Source: the human T2T-CHM13v2.0 reference genome, Homo sapiens. Taken from it: a stretch of DNA of 64,000 nucleotides. How positions within the stretch are numbered: the first letter of the stretch is position 1; each line of letters starts with the position of its first letter. Location: assembly GCF_009914755.1 (NCBI RefSeq), contig NC_060938.1, one strand, 5' to 3'. The notes under the pieces were generated by a model. It saw nothing but the letters and a program-made list of their open reading frames with translations. It ran no database searches and was not told the origin of the DNA. Made by a program: the position numbers and the translations under genes. Positions 17,363-34,300 of this stretch are shown piece by piece.

Positions 17363-18499
17363 CTCTAGTCTAACCCATACCAGAAGACAAAAAATATTGA
17401 GGACATTTTGATTACTTAATTTTATTCTATTTAAAAATGATATGGTTTAATAATACCTAATAATGTTGATTGATCCTTTGTGCTCTGTGACATATGTGGT
17501 TTAAAAATATACTTTTTGGTGTTACTCTTTTTTTCTGTCTGTCTTTTTTTGACACAAGCTGGGTTAGGCCATGCCATCTATTAACAATTATATTAATACT
17601 TTAAAATTTACAAAACATGCAACCTTCACAACCATATACACTAGGATTATTTTCCTTTGAAACAGGAAAAAGGAATCTCAGAGAGGGTAGGTGACCTGCT
17701 CAAGTTCTTGCCAGCACCTGGTGGAGCTGTGACTGAAAAACAAGTTCTGAAGGCACTGACACCTTTGTAAAAATATATAAATAAGCAATATTTAAATAAG
17801 CAGTAGCAATTATAATAGTAAATAGTGACCTGATACCTCCTTTTCAAGTGATTCCTTCTAAGGAGGTAATCAAAAGGTGTTTAAAATTTATGTAAGGATA
17901 TATTGATGATATTCACTCAGCATATATTTGTTGCATACCCACTGTGTACCAGATACTGGTTTAGGCACTACTGACATAGCAGTAACCAAAGTAATCAAAG
18001 AAGTAAATCTGCATTCTGATGTTATAAATCTGGAACAGGAGACTGATAAATTCTGGCACATCCATACACTGAATAATGCTATTAGTCTCATAAAGTGGGA
18101 TGGAAAGCATATAATACTACTGTATATACTGTATAATTCTAATTTTGCTTTTTTTCTCCTCCAGGATTATAATTTAAAAGTTTTTATTGTGTGGCTCACT
18201 CTTAACTATCATTATAGTCTTTTAAAATTATATTCATACCTACTAAATTTGCTCAATTTCTAGTAGAATTTCCATAATATTTTAAAAAATAATAGTAGCA
18301 TTATTTTTAATCTCTATCCAGAATCAAATGTGTTAAGTGCCATTAACTTTAAGTCAGGATGTTGCTCTTGAGTTAAAGAAATTGTTTTTGTCATTTTCCA
18401 TATTTTTGTGATGAGAATCTATGGGCATTTACATGACTAGTTGCTGTATATTATGTAATAAATGATTATAAACTCAAGTACTTTTTATTTCTTCTTTAG

Positions 18500-19534
<1,035 letters not shown>

Positions 19535-19817
19535 TAATCCATTTTGATCATATGTAAGTTATAACATTGTTGGAAAAATACTGATTTTTCTAAATCACGT
19601 ACAAGAAGACAGTTATTCGTTTCTAGTTTTTTAAAATTTACTTTCTTCAAAATGAAAAAAATGTTTCATGTGTAGTGTGATTGTATCAAGGGTACACTTT
19701 AATTTGTGCTTCCTTTGGTTTTGTTTATATGGAAAACCTGGTTTTTTTATGGCTTTCTGATTTCTTCACCTTAACTGCATCATTTCTTCCTCCACTTTTT
19801 ATCTGAAATAGATATGA

Positions 19818-20123
<306 letters not shown>

Positions 20124-23100
20124 TAAACTTACATATACTAACCTTAAAGAATGGATATAAGTTATAAAGTATTTGAACTAAGTGATAAATGATATAACGT
20201 TATAGCTGTGATATATTAATTATAGTTTTAAGGCATTTGTAATCATGACTTTTTGGCTAAGCTAGATGAACTCTAGAATAGCTGATTTCTCTACTTTTGC
20301 CAACTGAAGAGGAGCCAATTAAAAATGTTGTGTAGCCATAGTGCAATGCCTGACCTATAAGAGAGCTAAGTATGTGTAGTATGCTATAACATATTTGATT
20401 AAATGGATTGTATTCCTGTGTTCAAGTGTATGAATCATCACTTGGATTTGACTCCTAGAAAAATTTATCTGTAAGTGGCAAAGTATTTTGCTGACATTTA
20501 TACTGTATTGAAGCAAACCTAACCTGTGAAAATCCAGAGACTTAAAATAGGGGATGACTCTTTAAGATTTAGTACTTGTTCTTATTGCATTTAAAATGTT
20601 GTCAAGTGTACACAACATGAAAGATTCAATGTTATGAGCTTATCATGGTTTTGTCTGTCTGGCATTATGGTTTGAGGAGCTCTGCAAATGCACTCCCTAG
20701 TGAAACTGATGAAAATTCTTTTTTTTAAGTAACCATTTAAAGTCTTAGAAAGTCTCCTAAGGGCATACAGCAAATGAACACACATTTATTCAAAGAAATC
20801 TGCTAAAACCCAGTGAGAATAGCAAGAGACTGCAGTATTTGAACCAAGACCTACCCTACCTGAACCTCAGCAAGATGGAATCTCCCCTCAGACTGGTACA
20901 ACCCAGAACGTAGGCTCTCTTCTCTGTCAGCTCCCAGTTGGAGGACTGTTTCCTAGGAAGGGCAGGAGTTCAACGTTTTTAATCCTGTCCCAGCTATGTG
21001 TTGCTGAGGCTGGATTCCAGGCATGTGATGTCCAAGTAAAGATTCCCTTCTGGCCAACCGCACTTACGGGATGGAGACTTTATCTTGGGTGTGATGCCAC
21101 TGAAAATACTGGGGCCTTGATCACTCTTGCCCACTCATAATGTGGAGGTCTTATGCTGGGAGAGGCAAGCTAGAGAGACCTGAGGCTACTCCTTCCCTCC
21201 ACCAAATGCTTATCTCCTAAAGCAGAAGTGTCGCTCAAGAGAGAAGCATGCTATCGCCCAGAACTCTGGCTCAGAGATTTTGCCCAGTGGGAGAAGCAAA
21301 TTATTATTAACAACAACAAAAGCTCTGAATCTCTTCTTCCCAGAGGAACTGATTTATCTGCAACGGAGTGTAGACACATTAAAGCCCAAAATGTTCTTGA
21401 AAACAATGGAGGACTTGCTGTTTTATGATAGTGTCAAAAAAAGAAAACAACATAAATGGTGGAGGTTGTGGTGCAAACTAATGTTTAGGAGACTGGTAGG
21501 TTCATTAAGCTAAACTGTAAACTGGCTAGATTTTTTTCAGGGGAAGAAAGAGCAAAGAGCCTTCCTGGGATCAGAACAAATCTCAAACACATCAAAAGCT
21601 ATTCCTTTCAAGGAGTTCATGTTTAATTGGATCAGTCTGTGGAGCAATTTATGCCCCAGGTCTCTGTTGAAAACATAGAGTAACCAGCTGGCAATCAGTG
21701 GAGCTTAATAGCTGGGTATGAACACTTAACAGACAAGATAGCCGTGCCAAAACCATCCCAAGGTAGCTGTGTGCATTCACAGTTTGGCTGTACTCTATGA
21801 GAGGTCATATCTGAGACTTCAAACTGGGCAGGGTATGGTAGGGAGCAGACAGATACTGACTTCACTACAATAAGCCAGCCAATCACTAAACAAACAAGTA
21901 CATAATAATAACAAGCCCTGGAGTTAGGAATGAAGAGGACCAGCACCCAGAATTTCTACAGTGTTACCTGGAATATCCAATTTTCAACAAAAAGTTGAGA
22001 TATGCAAAGAAATGGGAAAGTCTAACCCATATATCGGGGGAAAAAAGCAGACAACCAGGCTTGCCTGTAAGAGGGAACAGATGTCAGATTTAATAAAAGA
22101 TTTCATAGTAGTCATTATAAATATGTTCATAGAACCAAAGGAAATCATGGTTGAAGAAATAAAGGACAGTATGGTGACAATCACATCAAATAGAGAATGT
22201 ATGTAGAGATAGAAATTATAAAAAAGAACCAAATGAAAAATTCCACTAGAGGGGCTCAACAGTAGATTTAAACTGGCAGAAGAAAGAATTAGTGAACTTG
22301 AAGATTCTAGATCAATAGAGATTATGCAATCCAAAGAAGAGAAAAGAATGAATAAAAAGGAAGAGAGCTTCAGAGAAACGTGGAACACCATTAACTGCTC
22401 CAACATACACTTAGTATCGGAAGGAGAGGAGAGAGAGAGAAGGGAGAAAAAAAATTATTTGTTGAAATAATGGCTGAAACTTCTTAAATTTATTGTAAAA
22501 CATTAATCCACACATCCGGGAACTTCAGTGAACTTTAGAATAAATGCAAAGAGATCCGCAGGCAAATACATCATAGTAAAAATGTGGAAATCCAAAGACC
22601 AGGAGAAAACCTTGAAAGCACCAAGTAAAAACTACTTGTACATTTTAAGGAAAGTCATATAAAATTCTGATTTGTCATCAGAAGCAATGGAGGCCAGAAG
22701 CATGGAATGACATATTCAAAGTGCCCCCTAAAGAAAACCCCAAAACAGAAAGGTTAACCAAGGACCCTATATCTAGCAAAGTGATCTTTCAAAAATGAAA
22801 GCAAAATAAAGAAATTCCCAGATAAACAAAAACAGAATTTGTTGCTACCAGACCCACCTTACAAGAAATACTAGAGTTCTTCAGGCTGAAAGTAAGTGAC
22901 CACAGACAATAATTCAAATTCACACACAAAAACAAAGAGCACCAATAAAGGTAACTGTGTAATTATAAAAAACAATAAAAAGGCATATTTCTTCTCTTAA
23001 CTCATTTGAAAAGCAATTCTATAAAACAATATGTATTCATGTATTGTTGGGTCTATAACATATAGGAATGTAATTTGCTAATAATTGCACAAAGGAAGGC

Positions 23101-23169
23101 AGTAGGGGCAAAGCTGTACTGGATAAAGGAAATGAATCCAGATAATTCATTTCTGGATTCTTGAATCTA

Positions 23170-23842
<673 letters not shown>

Positions 23843-24356
23843 AATTAATATAACAAACACAATAAATGTATACTTGCTCCCTTTTCTCTCAGCTTCTCTT
23901 AAAGGCATAAAATTATATAAAGTGATAATTATAACTATGTACTGTTGGATTTGTAACGTTTATAATGTGATATGTATAACAGTGCCACAGAAGGGAAGAA
24001 AAGGAACTAGAACGTTGTAAGAGTAATATTTCTGCTTCACCACAATTAGTGTAAATCTGAGGCTGAATCTTGTAAGACAGAGATAGTAAGCTTTAGTCAA
24101 CCATTGAGGAAATAACTGAGAAAAAAAGTGAAAACAATCATTAAAGAAATTTAAATGGCATATTACAAAATAGTCAATACGAGAGAAAGTCACGAAAGAG
24201 GGATAAAAGTCAAGAAAAAGGGATAAAAAAGATATGAGACAAAGAAAACAAAGGAAAATGACAGGCAAAATTCAGCTATTTCAGTAATAAAATTAATGGG
24301 AATGGATTAAATAATCCAAATGAAAGGCAGAGATTATCGGATTGGATTTAAGAAAA

Positions 24357-24560
24357 TGCCTGTAATCCCAGCACTTTGGGAGGCCAAGGCAGGTGAATCA
24401 CTTGAGTCCAGGAGTTCAAGACTAGCCTGGGCAACATAGTAAGACCTTGTCTCTTAAAAAAAATAAACAAAATTATCCATACATGGTGGTATGTTCCTGT
24501 AGTCCCAGCTACTCTGGAGGCTGAAGTGGGAAGATTGCTTGAGCACAGGAAGTGCTATGA
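24357..24560 (+). mobile_element. Alu (J-like) truncated at both ends
   Basis: Starts at tgcctgtaatccc, stops in the right arm, no poly(A). Confidence 0.8.
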
Positions 24561-24858
24561 TATATAAAATATATAATATTTTATTAATATATAAATATGT
24601 AATATATAAAATAAAAGACACAAACCACATGATCATCTCGGTAGATATAAAAAAACTATTTAACAAAATCCCACACCCTTTCATAGTAAAAACAAAATAG
24701 GAAAGAAGGGAACTTCTTCAACCTGAACATCTATGAAAAACTCACAGTGAACATCATCATTATTGGTGAAGATTGGATGCTTACCCCTAAGATCAAGAAG
24801 ACAAGAATGTCTACCCTTACCACTTCTATTAAACATTGTACTAGAACTTCTAGCCAGG

Positions 24859-25499
24859 TGGTATGGACTGAATGTTTATGTACGCCCCGAATTTATATGT
24901 TGAAGCCTAAAACAATATGTATTCATGTATTGTTGGGCCTATAACATATAGGAATGTAATTTGCTAATAATTGCACAAAGGAAGCCAGTAGAGGCAAAGC
25001 TGTACTGGATAAAGGAAATGAATCCAGATAATTCATTTCTGGATTCTTGAATCTACAGGAAGAAAGAGAAATAGCATTTTTTTTTTTTAAGGTTAACATA
25101 AGGCTGGGCGCAGTGGTTCACACCTGTAATCCCAGCACTTTGGGAGGCCGAGGCAGGCGGATCACCTGAAGTCAGGAGTTTGAGACCAGCCTGATGGTAG
25201 TAGGAGGTGGGGCCTTTGGGAGGTAATTAGGCTTAGATGAGATCGTGAGCATGGAGCCCCATGATGGGATTAGTGCCCTTATAGGAAGAGGAAGAGACAC
25301 CCACAGCTTCCTGTCTTTCTGCTTAGAACAGAATAAGAAGATGGCTATCCATGAGCTAGGAGGATAGCCCTCATCAGAACCCAGCCATGAAACCACCCCG
25401 ATCTTGGACCTCCCAGCCTCTAGAACTATGAGAAATAAATGTCTCTTCTTTAAGTCACCTAGTCTATGGTATTTAGTTATACCAGCCTGAGCTAAGACA
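24859..25499 (+). mobile_element. MLT1A-type solo LTR interrupted by a 286-bp insertion
   Basis: tggtatggactgaatg...gctaagaca; TSD-like ccagg/ccaga. Confidence 0.8.
24908..25193 (+). repeat. Direct copy of 23022-23304
   Basis: Aligned by eye: 4 substitutions and T9 versus T12. Confidence 0.95.
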
Positions 25500-26270
25500 C
25501 CAGAGTAATTAGGCAAGAAAAAGAAAGAAAAGGCATTCAGATTAGGAAGAAGTAAAATTGTCTCTATTCACAGCTGACATGATCTTAATGTATAGAATAT
25601 CTAAGGAATCAACTAAAAAGCTTAGAACTGATTAACAAATTCAGGATGGTTGCAAGATATAAGATCAACATACAAAAATCTGGTGAATTTCTACACACTA
25701 GCAATGAACAAACCAAAAATGAAGTTAAGGAAATCCCACTTAAAATAGCATCAAAAAGAATAAAATACTTAGGAAAAATTGAACAGTAGTAGTACAAAGC
25801 TTACACTCTGAAAACTACAAAACATTGTTAAAAGAGAAAACTATCTAAATAAATAAACATCCAGTGTTCATAAATCAAAATAATATTGTTAAGATGGCAA
25901 TACTCTCCAAATATATCTACAGATTCAACACAGTCCTTTTCAGAATTCCAGTTGGCTTCTTTGTGGAAATTGACAAGTTGATTTTCTAAAATTTATATGG
26001 AATTTCAAGAGACCCTGAATAGCCAGAACAATCTTGAAAAAGAAAATTGGCCGACTCATACTTCCAAGTTTCAAAACTTACGTGAAACAATAATCAAAAC
26101 AGTATGGTACTGGCATAATGATAGACATATAAATCAGTGGAATTGAATTGAGGATCCAGAAATAAACCCATGGGTCTTTAGCCAGCTAATTTTCAACAAG
26201 GATGCCAAGACCATTCACTGGGGAAATCATCTTCCGATAGCAACATTCAAAAGAATAATGTTGGATTACT

Positions 26271-26709
26271 AGTATAAGTTTCTAAGGGCTGCTGCAACAA
26301 TTATTACCACAAACTGGGTGACTTTTTAAAAAATGGAAATTTATTCTCTCATAGTTCTAAAGGTTAGAAGGCTGAAGCCAAGGTGCCAGTAGAGCCACGC
26401 TTCCTCTAACGGCTCTAGGAAAGAATCTCTCCTGGCCTCTTCCAACTTCTGGTGGCCCTTAACATTCTTTGGCTATGGCTGAGTAACTCCAGTCTCTGTC
26501 TCCGTATTTACATGGCCTTATTCTCTATACTCTCATGTGTCAATTCTACCACTACTTTCTTTTATAAGGATGTCAGTCACTGGCTTTAGGACCCACCTAA
26601 ATCCAGGATGATCTCATCTCTAAATCTTTAATTACATCTGCAAAGTACCCATTCCAAATAAGGTCACATTCACAGGTAACTTCAAATAGATGTTATTTAA
26701 CCCACTACA
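26271..26709 (-). mobile_element. MLT1 (MaLR) solo LTR
   Basis: gtataagtttctaagggctgctgcaaca...cccactaca, typical MLT1 reverse orientation. Confidence 0.75.
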
Positions 26710-28194
26710 GACCTTACTTTATATACGGTATTTTTAAAATAACTCAAAAATACATCAAAGACCTAAACATAAGAGCCATAAAAAACTTAGAAGGAAACAT
26801 AAGGGTAAATCTTCATGACCTTAAACTTGGCAATAGATTCTTAGATATGACACCAAAAGCATGAGAAACAAAAGAAAAATAGATAAATATGACTTCATCA
26901 AAAGTAAAAACTTCTGTTCCTCAAAGGACACCATCAAAAAAGTAAAAAGACAACTCACAGAATGGGAAAAATATTTGCCCATATCTGATAAGGGACTGTT
27001 ACTAGAATATATAAAAAAAAAACTTACAACTCTATAATAAAAAGATAAATAGATTTTAATGTGGACAAAGGATCTATATAGACATTTCTTTAAAGAGGAT
27101 GTACAAGTTGCCAATAAGTACATGAGAAGTGCTCCGTATAATTAGTCATCAGGGAAGTGCAAATCAAAACTACAATAAAATAACACTTCACACACACAGG
27201 ATGGCTAAAATCAAAAGGTCTGAAAATAAGTGTTAACAAGATGTGGAGAAATTGGAACCCTCTTCTGCTCTTGGGAATGTAAAATGGTACAGCCACTTTG
27301 GAAAACATTCTGGCAGTTTCTCAAATAGTTAAGCATAGAGTTGACATGTGACCTAGCAGTTCTATCCCTAAGTATGTATACCTAAGAGAAATAAAAACAT
27401 AAATCCACATGAAACCTTGTACATGAATGTTTATAGCAACATTATTCTTAATTGCTGTAAGGTGGAAACAAACCAACTGTACATCAATTGCTGAAAACAA
27501 ATTTTATTATATCCATATGATGGAATATTATTCTGCCATAAAAAGGAATACGGTACTGATACATGCTACAACATAGATGAACCTTGAAAATATGCTAAGT
27601 GAAAGAAATCGGTCACAAAAGACCACATATTATGTGATTCATTTCAAGTGAAATTTACAGAACAGGCCAGTCTATAAAGATAGAAAGTATGTTAGTGGTT
27701 GCTTAGGGAATGGTCAGTGAGGAGATAGGATGGTGATAACTAAAGAGTACAAGGATGCTTCTTGAGGTTATGATGTTTTAAAACTTAACTGTGGTGATGG
27801 TTGCACGTATCTGTGACTATAATAAAAGCCACTGAATTGCATATAGTAAGTAAATGTGAATTATATGGAATGTGAATTATATCTCAACAAAGCTGTTTCT
27901 TTAAAAAGAGCCTATTGTATCATTCACCACCAAATAGTATTTATGACTATGCATCGCTGAGGCAACAGATCAGAAAAGGCAGACAAAGAGAAGTGACTAA
28001 GATTTTGCCTAATGGTGATTGAGATGGCTGCCAGGAAACTTTTATTTAAAGAACCAAGGAAGTAGAGGTAATTCTTGATTCTGAATACAGGCAACTTGTG
28101 TACATTTTTAAACACTACTTTCTGTTTTTTGAACTTGGGAAAAGTTTGCCTAATTACAATGCAATTTTTCTCTAAGTTTATGAATAAAATATAA

Positions 28195-28503
<309 letters not shown>

Positions 28504-29067
28504 AGCTCATTTTGACTGTAATGTCATCAAATGCAATGTTTTTATTTTTTCATCCTAAAAAAGTAACTGTGATTCTTGTAACTTGAGGACTTCTCCACAC
28601 CCCCATTCAGATGCCTGAGAACAGCTAAGCTCCGTAAAGTTGGTTCTCTTAGCCATCTTAATGGTTCTAAAAAACAGCAAAAACATCTTTATGTCTAAGA
28701 TAAAAGAACTATTTGGCCAATATTTGTGCCCTCTGGACTTTAGTAGGCTTTGGTAAATGTGAGAAAACTTTTGTAGAATTATCATATAATGAATTTTGTA
28801 ATGCTTTCTTAAATGTGTTATAGGTGAATTGCCATACAAAGTTAACAGCTATGTAATTTTTACATACTTAAGAGATAAACATATCAGTGTTCTAAGTAGT
28901 GATAATGGATCCTGTTGAAGGTTAACATAATGTGTATATATTTGTTTGAAATATAATTTATAGTATTTTCAAATGTGCTGATTTATTTTGACATCTAATA
29001 TCTGAATGTTTTTGTATCAAGTAGTTTGTTTTCATAGACTTCAATTCATAAACTTTAAAAAACTTTT

Positions 29068-29073
29068 AATAAA
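29068..29073 (+). terminator. Candidate PCNX4 proximal poly(A) signal
   Basis: AATAAA ~565 nt after the stop, followed by U-rich sequence. Confidence 0.6.
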
Positions 29074-29753
29074 ATATTTTCCTTCCTTTTCAAATATCCT
29101 TCTAATATATGTGAAAGGAGCGGGGTTCATCCCATTCATCATGTGAATATTCACAGGAAGAGCAATGTTAGGGTAATCTGCATATGACTACTAAAGCATA
29201 TATCTGACTCATTATGTATTTCTTTCAACTGAATTTACTGCTTCTGAAAAATGATTTACCCAACAGGACTACCAGTTACTAGTGTCTTAAGGTATATGAA
29301 CTAAAGTCAGAAGGAGATGGAAGAAAATTTTTATAATACGATCTGAATTTTATTTTCATTCTCTTCTTGCTTAGGAACGTTTTACAGATACATGTAAGGG
29401 GGATTAATAATGAATCCACATCAGTTGAGAGATCAGTTTCCTCTAATTCTTACTTAATTTCCAATGAAATCAGTAGGAGCCCCCTAGATTTATAATAATG
29501 TATTCTCCTTAGAAATCATTCAAATTATATGAAATGTACCAGTTAAGTTGTTATTAGTATTCCATTTATTTAGTATGTGGACGAGTTCACTCTAACAATG
29601 TTAAAGGATAAACTTTTTGGACCAATTTTCAGTTAATGAATTCAAGAGATTTGTATGTTATTCTTTTTTTGGAGGTAATATAGTACAGTTACTAAGATAG
29701 GATTTTGTATTACTCTGAGTTTACATCTCAGACTTATGATTTAATTTACATGA

Positions 29754-30131
<378 letters not shown>

Positions 30132-30803
30132 ATAATTATCACTTTTAATGACAGCATAAAATTCCATTGATAGATATTATTTATTGGACTACTGTCCCCC
30201 AAATAATGTGAATTTTAAGTTGTTTAGAGATTTTCACTGTGATAATAATGTCAAGCTATGCCTTCGCTTAACCTTGCATCCTCCTCAAAGTGCTCCCATA
30301 TCTCCATTTCATTCATAGCCAGGTTTTCTCTTTCATTTACTTGTCAAATCATTCCAATCTGGATCCCATCTCCATGACTCTCCCAAATTAAAAAAAAAAA
30401 AAGTTTTTATTAAGGTCACTATTGACCTTTTTATTGTCAAACCAGCTAGTAGTAATTGACACATTTGACCATTCCTTGAAGCAGCTTTTGTGTTTTCTTT
30501 TGAACTTTCCTGACACTACATTATCTTTGTTTTCTTCTTATCTTCCTAGCAACTCCTCAAACATCTTTGCTGCCTCTCCTCTTCTACCTGACCTCTAAAT
30601 TTTAGAATTTCTCAACAATTGATTCTAGGCCCCCCTTTGTGTTTCTGCAATCACCATAGATAATCTCATCTACTTCAAGACTTGAAATATCATCAATAAA
30701 TTGATGATGATCAAATATATGTACCTAACCCAACCTCTCTTCTTACACTGAACCTATATATATCACTTATTTGGTATCTTCACTTGGTATATTAAAAACT
30801 GAC

Positions 30804-31257
30804 TGTTAGATTTTGAAGGGAAGGTGAGAGTTAAAGAAAGACACACAGAGGGCAGCTTGACAGCAAATGCAGACTTTATGTCTAGCATAAAACCTACAGA
30901 AGTGGGGGACCAGCTTAATGCCAGAGCCCACCGCTGCTTACAGGCTGGGCGTACTTATAGGCATGGGTGAGAGGGGTCTGGGCAGTATGGCTTGCTGCTC
31001 GGCAGGATATTGATAAGATGCTCCCATGATGAGGTGGTTCTGGCCCTTGTTGTGGTGGGATGTCATCATAGTATTCCTTGGAACTTTGCCCAGCAAGATA
31101 TGATAGGGATATTTCTTAGGTTGGGCCTTTTTCCGCCTTGTGGTCAGGTGGTTAGGCAGCATGTTTCTCACTGCCCGAACCCCTGTGAAATGTTTTACTT
31201 TGATCAAGGTCTGCAAAATAGCGGGGAGCTTACAAAATGGTGCAGTTTGGACTAACA
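30804..31257 (-). mobile_element. Solo LTR, probably ERVL class (LTR32-like; family uncertain)
   Basis: tgttag...ctaaca inverted termini; 5-bp TSD ctgac/ctaac; TATAA-like and CATAAA motifs on the minus strand. Confidence 0.75.
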
Positions 31258-31329
31258 CTAACGTTACTGAATTTTCCCTAAAACCTACTTTTCTACTTCT
31301 AACTTTTAGTGGTGCATTCATACCAACTA

Positions 31330-34300
31330 TTTCAGAGAACTAGCAATGCCAGGCAAAATAGTATTTTAAAATCTGCTTAAAGGCATTAGAGAACCAAAAG
31401 ACAGTGAAGAATAACATCACTAAGATCTAAGACAGAATGAAACTTAGAGACCTGAGCTCAGCATTTGGGCTGCTTTTCTTATAGGAGACATGCCAATTCA
31501 GGATAAGGTGGTTGAGAGTCTGAGACGCTAAGTAACACTTATAACAGCCTTGCTGCTGAGTTAGAGGGACAAAAACTGGAGACCAAGACTCTCCAAGGAA
31601 GTAGGGGAGGGGAAAGGAATCCTAGTTAACTGACCATACATTGGGTTGTGACCCCAAGGACCATATCCAAATTGTAAGGGTGAAGAAAAACCAGATGCAG
31701 TTAGGATCTTCTCACTTCCCAAAACTGGATTCAGGTGACCCTTTGCTGCAGCCGCTACCCAGAGCAAATGTAAATCCTCTCTGGACTGATCTTTTGAGTT
31801 ATTTTTATAACTTTTCATGTTTAGTGTTGGAAAGTTATTTAAGGTATCTGAGGAAACAAGGCAACATGATGAAAATCCGAAAGAAGCGACAGATGATGGG
31901 ACAGAGCCACAGGGGACCCAGATAATGAGCTATACAACACAGGGTCTAAAATTACTATGTTTAGTGTGTTTAAAGATCTAAAACACAAGATTGAGAATTT
32001 CAGCAGAAAATCAGAAACTATATAGAAGAATCAATCAACAAGTCCCCAACTTAAAAGTACATTAATCAAGTTTAAGAATTCAGTGAATAGGCCGGGCGCG
32101 GTGGCTCACGCCTGTAATCCCAGCACTTTGGGAGGCTGAGGCGGGTGGATCATGAGGTCAGGAGATCGAGACCATCCTGGCTAACACAATGAAACCCCAT
32201 CTGTAGTAAAAATAAAAAAAAAAATAACCGGGTGTGGTGGTGGGTGCCTGTAGTCCCAGCTACTCAGGAGGCTGAGGCAGGAGAATCACTTGAACCCGGG
32301 AGGCAGAGGTTTCAGTGAGCCAAGATCATGCCACTGCACTCCAGCCTGGGCGACAGAGCGAGACTCCATCTCAAAAAGAAAAAAAAAAAAAAAGGATTCA
32401 GTGAATAGATTTGATAGAAAGTGCATACAGTGAAGTAAGAATTAGTGAACTAGAAGTTATGTCAGAAGTAAATACCAGATGTGAAAAACTAAGAGACAAA
32501 AGAATAGAAAATATAGTAGAGAGTATAAGAGACATAGAGTTAACTTGAGAAGATCTAACATACACGTAACTGGATTTCCAGGAGAAGAGAGAATATGGCA
32601 GAAGCAACCTGTGAGGAGATAATGACTGAGAATTCTCCAAGTTTTTAAGACATGAAGACCTGCAAGATCAAAGCATGATAAATAAAAACAAAATTACAAC
32701 TTAGCACATCCTAAGAAAAAATAAAACACAAAAAGAAAATCATTAAAGGAGCCAGACAATGATAAAAGACATTACTTTTAAAGGAGGCACAATTTTATTA
32801 AACTGACAGCTAACTTCTCAACAGAAAATATGGGAAGCAGAAATCAATGGCATGATATTTTCAGGTTACTGAAAGAAAATATCTGCAATTTTAGAATTCA
32901 ATACCCAGCCTTTCCCCAAAAACAATTCTTAAGAATGAAGGCAAAGACACTTTCAAACGCAACAAATTTAATAGCAGATTGTCATTAAAGGTGATAGTAA
33001 AGGGTATTCTTCAGACAGAAGGAAAAAGATCCCAGAAAAAGGTTAGAGATAAAGGTAGGAATGAACAGTAATTTAAAAATATATATATACAGTTTAAGTG
33101 AATATTAACTATATAAAATAGTCTTCGAGGTTAAAATAAATAATGTTAAAATGTGACAATAATATACAAATTTGGTGCAGGAATTCTAAGGTCAGAATTA
33201 TCAGAAAGAAGATTAAAGTATAAATAAGACTGCTGTGTCATCTATAGGGTAACCACTAAAAGAACAGCAAAAAGCAAAATAAAACAATCGTAGAACTACA
33301 AAGCTAATACAGGGCTAAAGTGGAATAATAAGGCAAAAAGGTAGAGAAAATATAGAACAAATAGGACAAATAGAAATCAAACAGTAGATTAGGAGGTTTA
33401 AATATCAGTTACAACATTCATATGAATAGACAGTGTACCAATTAAATGCAAAGATCATCAAAGTGAAAAGAAAGAAAACCCACAAAGTACCTTTATGCAA
33501 GAGATGTCTTAAGTATAGGAATACAAAGGTTTGAAGTAAACAAGAATGGAAAAATTATAATATGAAATACAAAAAACAAAAACGATAGGGCAGGGGACTA
33601 TGGTGGCTATTGCAACATTATTCAATGTAGACCTTAAGGTGAAAAGTATTACAAAGAGAGACAATTTGTAATGATAAAAGATTTGATTCACCAGAAAGTT
33701 TCAACAGGTCTAATATTTTAATGATTTAACAATATAGCCTCAAATATATAAGCAGAAATGAACAGAACTAAAATGAGAAAAGACAAGTCTGCATTCCCAG
33801 ATTTTAATATACTCAGTAACAGAACAGCAGCCATGCAAAAATACGTAAATATGTAAAGATTGGAATAATACTTTAAAACTTAACCTAATTGGCATATATG
33901 AAACAGAATACCCAACAACTGCAAAATACACATTATTTTCAAATGCAGATAGAATATTTATCAAAACTGACCATATTCCAAGTCATAGGAATGGAATATA
34001 TTCTTTGGCCATGTATCATTCACTTAGAAATCAATAATAATTTCAAAAATAGAAAAATTCTATTAAGTTCATAAATTAAGAAATACACTTTTAAATAACT
34101 CATGGATCAGACAATAAATTACAATGAAAATTAGAATATATTTGAACTGAGTAGTGAAAGTGCTACATGTCAAAACTTATGGTAGACGCCTAAAGCCATG
34201 CTTAGAAGGAAATTTATAGTCTTAAACGCACATTAAAAAAAAAAGATTGAAAATGAACCTAGTAGTTAAAATATTCTAAGAATAGCAAATTAAACCTGAA

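Noticed and set aside
30938-31343. Overlapping ORFs of 67-127 aa
   Set aside because: Lie within a solo LTR; no recognisable protein features
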